From Macrostomum lignano (lineage: Eukaryota): a stretch of 64,000 nucleotides of DNA. Each line of letters begins with the position of its first letter. Positions within the stretch are counted from its first letter, which is position 1. The stretch covers positions 1 to 64,000 of the forward strand of contig NIVC01001789.1 of NCBI GenBank assembly GCA_002269645.1, read 5' to 3'. This document shows positions 59,646 through 64,000 of this stretch, one piece after another. The notes below the pieces were generated by a model that made no database searches, had not been told where the DNA came from, and saw only the letters and a program-made list of their open reading frames with translations. The position numbers and the translations under genes were made by a program.

Positions 59646-62342
59646 ATGGATTGTACACCAATTTTCGAGCCAGACTTCGACATGAAGGCTTGGCTTAACG
59701 CTGCATTCGCTGCTGGAGCCGCCGACGAGCCCGAAGGTCTTGACGATGCTGACACGGCTAACAGATTGTTGGCTAAACTGCAGTCCTATCAGCAAGAAGT
59801 TGGTGCCCTACTAGAAGAGAGCTGGACTTCGGCAATTGCCGCGGTGCCAAGGGCTGCTAGAGAGATGGCTTCGGTGAAGCAGGAGGCCCTGCTGTTGCAG
59901 GATCAGCTGAGGTCGGTCAAGTCGCAATTGGAGCGGGTAGAGCAGGTTGGTGATTTTATTATTTTTATCTTTGTTGCTTTTCAGCTACTTGTAGTAGATC
60001 AAAACGAAATCTCCCTTATTATTTATTAAAAAGTTAGAATTTCCGTTTTTTGTCTATATTTTCTGCTTGTAGTAGCTGATTGATAAATCGCTGTTTTTTG
60101 CTGTTTTATTCCGTAGTTTTTACATAAATTTGGCCTTATCTTTGAACCTTGAAAAATGAATTTCTTAGGAATGAAATTTTCTTCAGCAGAAATATCCGAT
60201 TTCCTTCGTCTACTTATAGTAGACTATTGATCAGCAAAAATTGAAATTGAAATTTTCCTTTAAAAAAATTAGACTATAAAAAATTAGTTAATTATTACCA
60301 ACGCAGGAGACCTCGGCCAGCATGGCCAAATTAGTTGAGGCTGACAGATTAAAAAGCCGCTTACAGCGAGCCAGCTCGGCACTGCGAGAGGCCGACAACT
60401 GGACCAGTCTGTCAGCCAATCTCGACGATCTGCTTGATAGCGACGATCTCGCTGGCATAGCCGATCGCCTGGCTCAGCTAGCTCAGTCTTTGAGCATGCT
60501 CGACTCTTCGCCAGATTACGCGTCCCGCCAGCAGCAGCTCGAATCCTGGCGCAATCAGTTCGAGGCCCAACTAGCTGTACACGTGTATCGAGCTTTCGCT
60601 GGCCGAGACACCGGCGAGTGCGCTCGGCTGGTGGGCCTGCTGGCTCGGATTGGGAGGCCGGCAGCGGCTAATACTCACTATCAGCGATGGCTCACTGGTC
60701 ACCTGGCCGACGTCTGGTCCGCTGCCGCCGCCGGTTCAGCCAAGCAAGACGACAGCCAGCAAGCTGCCGAGGTTGCTGAGGACTCTCAGACTGCCGCTTC
60801 GGAGGATGACACCGATTCGAAAGGTTCGAATTTACATTTCCGTTTTTTCGATACATATCGGCGATTTTTTGTTTTATTGTCGGTCTAAATAGTATCTCTA
60901 CTACTGGAATAGCAGCTTTCGATACATATCGGAATTTTTGTTTTATTGTCGGACTAAATAATGCCTCTACCGGAATAATAGGTTTTCTAAACATATCGGC
61001 GATTTTTTTATTTTATCGTCGGACTATCGTCGGGCTTTTTATTGGAATAATAGTTTTCGATACATATCGGTGAATTTATATTTTATCGTCGGATTGAATA
61101 TTAGCTCTTTATTGGAATAGTCGTTTTCGATACATATCGGCGATTGTTAATTTTATCGTCGGACTAAATAGTAGTTCCATACTGGGATAATAGTTTTCAA
61201 TGCATATCGGCGAAATTATCAAACATTTAACAAAAGCGAGACTGTCAGGCGATATGTGTATTTAAAAAATTGATTTAATTTTACTAATTTTTTCGATACA
61301 TGTCGGTACCTCACCCTGCTGCTCAACTTTCAGCAGCCAAAGCAGTGGAAACTGCCGAATCGTCGCTAGACGCTCTGCTTAGCGCCTGCCGTCGCGAACT
61401 GCAAGCCAGCCTGCTGTCCGACTGCCGCCGGCTCGTGCTGGACTGTCTGGCTCGCGCTTTGCCAGCGTTGCGACCCTCCATACCGGACGTTGTCCGACCC
61501 AATTCCACTGTCGCTGATGCCGCGCAGCCTGACCTTCACGTGTCCCTTCGACGTTTAAGCATCATGTGCCAATCCGCCGCCGATCTGGCCGATCTGTTCC
61601 CAGCCGCCGCTGCCCACGACGGCACCTCCTCGGCTATGGAAGAATCTCGGACAGCCGCGCTGTCCGGCTTGCTTCGTCCGGCTTGTCCGAATCTGCTAGC
61701 CGACATCGAGCAGGCAGCCGCCCAGCAACTGTCCAGCGATCTGGGCGCCATCCCCATGGATCAATCCGATGTTGACGACACTCTGGGCTTGTTAGAGAAC
61801 GCCACTCCCCTTGCCATGTCCTCCGCTAGCCGCCTGTCCTCAGCGTGCCTGACCGTCAGTCCGCCTGTCTGCTCGGCCCGCCTAGCCCGCCTTCTGCCGG
61901 CGCACCTGGCCAACTACCTGCGCGAGCTGTCCAGAGTGCTGGGCAATGTCCGGGCCAAGCTGCCCGACCCGTCGGACGATTGGTCAGCTGTTGGCGTCAT
62001 ACTTCGCGCCGGCTGCCTGCTGGGCCGTCTGGTGGATGCCGCCGCCCAGTTTGCCGTTGAATTCTCGGACAGCTGCCTGACAGCTGCGGCCAGCTCTGAA
62101 CAGCTGCGCCTGCCCGACTGGACTATGCTGGTTTATGCCGACAGCGCCGAGGACGACCGGCGCCTGCTGCGCGAGTTGATCAGCGCGCTGCAAGACGGCC
62201 GACAGCCTGGCTGGCTGCGCGAGATGCGCGCCTCCTGTCAGGCATTCTGCAGGGAGCAGCACCGCCTGCTGTTTGGCCTGTTGGCTAAGCCTGTTGACAG
62301 GCTGTTGAGCGCTCTGCCCGGCTTGCCTTGCTGGTCGCCAAG
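59646..62342 (+). CDS. COG7: Conserved oligomeric Golgi complex subunit 7 (3'-incomplete); join(59646..59945,60307..60823,61334..62342,...)
   Basis: DFDMKAWLNAAF (DFDVKEWINAAF), KLQSYQQEV, KQEALLL, ETSASM, LREADNWTSLSA, PDY; junctions are phase-compatible. Confidence 0.92.
60840..61300. repeat. Degenerate ~65-70-bp tandem repeat with cgatacatatcg palindrome, COG7 intron 2
   Basis: tcgatacatatcggcga...ttttat.gtcggact recurs about 6 times. Confidence 0.8.
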
Positions 62343-62468
62343 GTAACTTGTATGCGTGTATTGGAATTGCTTGGTGCAGTGCGTAGTTCATAGCGCATGT
62401 TTGCTAAGCTGCGAGTTTCTGTCAGTGAAGATTACGACTAATTACCTGGGAGACTACAGTGTGTAGTG

Positions 62469-62546
62469 CAGGGGTCGGCAAACTCTGGTCCGCTCAAGGT
62501 TTGTGTCTCTTTTCCTCTACTCTACTTTTTACTGTAGAAAAATAAC
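62469..62546. mobile_element. hAT-type MITE terminus interrupted by the BEL/Pao LTR
   Basis: caggggtcggcaaactctggtccgc at 62469. Confidence 0.45.
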
Positions 62547-64000
62547 TGAAGAAATAACACTGGCCAGTGAATACGTTGACAATAACAACTTGAAAACCAA
62601 AGTTAGGATGAAAAGGCTCCTCCAGCAGTATATTTATTTGCGTGGTTGAGAGGGGGGTAGAGAATAGATAAGAAGAAAATGGGTAAGAAGGGCGAGGGCT
62701 AAAATGCTCTAACGAGACCGAGGGGGGGGGGGCTGACTGAAAACTCACCGATCGATAATCGGAAAACAAGATAAGAATGTACAGTACGTAGAGCGCGGTA
62801 GATAGAAGATGGACTAGGCACACAGGGAATGGAAGAAAATGAAAAGGGAGCAAGTGAATTCTATTAGCGCAAGCTGAAATTTCGCGACACTCCCCCAAAA
62901 ATGATCACATTTTTCCCGATACCAAAAATTCCAAAAAAACGCAAAAAAAAACAAACACAGGAAATGACAATGACTTCATTATAAGAAAATTTAGACCATT
63001 GAAAAGGTTGAGGATTCCTTCACCAATCATCACTAAAGATTCGACAAACAATGAAAAAAAATTGTAATAAATGACATGAAACATACAAAAGGTTGGTGAC
63101 AAAACACTTAGTGATTTAGAGAAAATAACACGATGACGCTAAGGCCAATAAGTAACTGTCACTAGGAAACAAAAAAAAACTACCAAGGCTAAACGAGTCA
63201 CCTCTTGCAACAAAGAAACAGAAAGCAAAAGACGCGATCATTAAATAGAAATGATGAAAAATAAAGTTTAAATGGAACTCTCACACTTCAAAATTTACTC
63301 AGAGACTTCGAGTGGCACCAAGGCTCGCACCGGGCGCCTAATGCGCTCCCTCCTCCTAGCTCCCACACCGCTAACTACACGAACCAGAGCAGAGCGACTG
63401 ACACCATCACGACCAACAGAAACCGACTCAACAACACCGAGCTTCCACATCAGCCTCGGCTGGTGTGATTCACCGCACACCACCACAACGTCACCAGGTT
63501 TCGGAAAGGGACCACATCCTTGCCCATGCAATGGCTTCTCGCGGAGAGCGGTGACGTAGTCCTCTTGCCAAACCTTCCAGAAACGATTCAGAGCGTTGCG
63601 CAGAAGATCGAGTCGTCTAGGTAGTGACAGCAGCGTTGACGACTGAGTCGCACCTTGATCAGGTTCCCAAGTGAGTCGCACTCCAAGTAGAAAGTGTGAA
63701 GGAGTAATAACTTCACTCCGGTCATCGGCAGAGACGTACAACAATGGCCTACTGTTGATGATAGCTTCGATTTCGATGATTGTAGACGACAACTGATCAA
63801 AGTTTAACTGAGCACGGCCGATGCTTTTCTTCAAAGAGCCCTTAATGACTCCAACTAACCGCTCCCAGAATCCGCCCCACCATGGGGCCCTTTCCGGTAT
63901 GAACTGCCAGGTAATTCTCCTTTCAGCACAGAACGCCTGCACCTGATCGCTAGTGCTGGCACCGAGGATTCGAGCTGCTGAACGGAAGGTTTTTGCGTTG
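62547..64000 (-). mobile_element. BEL/Pao LTR retrotransposon 3' end (integrase C-part, DUF5641-like domain, 3' LTR) in a COG7 intron
   Basis: NAKTF, WQFIPERAPWWGGFWERLV, EIEAIINSRPL, TPSHFL, FWKVWQEDY, PKPGDVV, WKLGVV, GRDG, RRPV; PPT gggggag then tgtcg at 62889; putative LTR 62547-62889 with aataaa, ending ttca. Confidence 0.93.

Noticed and set aside
1395-62391. Numerous antisense or alternate-frame ORFs overlapping GC-rich exons and the RTE
   Set aside because: Expected shadows of GC-rich coding sequence; no recognisable motifs or splice support.

Overview
Eukaryotic animal genomic DNA with short GT-AG introns, GC-rich exons and very repeat-rich introns. The style suggests a flatworm of the Macrostomum type, but this is inference and cannot be confirmed from the window. 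Eight spliced host genes can be reconstructed, all on the + strand: (1) a 5'-incomplete gene of about 1400 aa or more with two degenerate kinase-like (pseudokinase) domains (1032-10117); (2,3) two tandem tryptophan-hydroxylase-like paralogs (11670-18817, 20201-23268) whose catalytic-core exons are almost identical while everything else has diverged; (4) a secreted fibrinogen-domain protein (25022-26715); (5) CDK7; (6) FANCI; (7) p22phox/CYBA; (8) COG7 (3'-incomplete). Mobile DNA includes a near full-length RTE-type LINE with a 15-bp TSD and a candidate HDV-like ribozyme overlapping its start codon, three CORE-like tRNA SINEs, a Sola2-like non-autonomous transposon, Gypsy, BEL/Pao and CRE-like retrotransposon remnants, and several LTR-like or unclassified repeats. 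From about 38 kb to 61 kb nearly every intron and intergenic gap holds its own unrelated tandem minisatellite. No CRISPR array, rRNA or bona fide tRNA gene was seen. All gene models and alignments were made by eye and reference proteins were recalled from memory.
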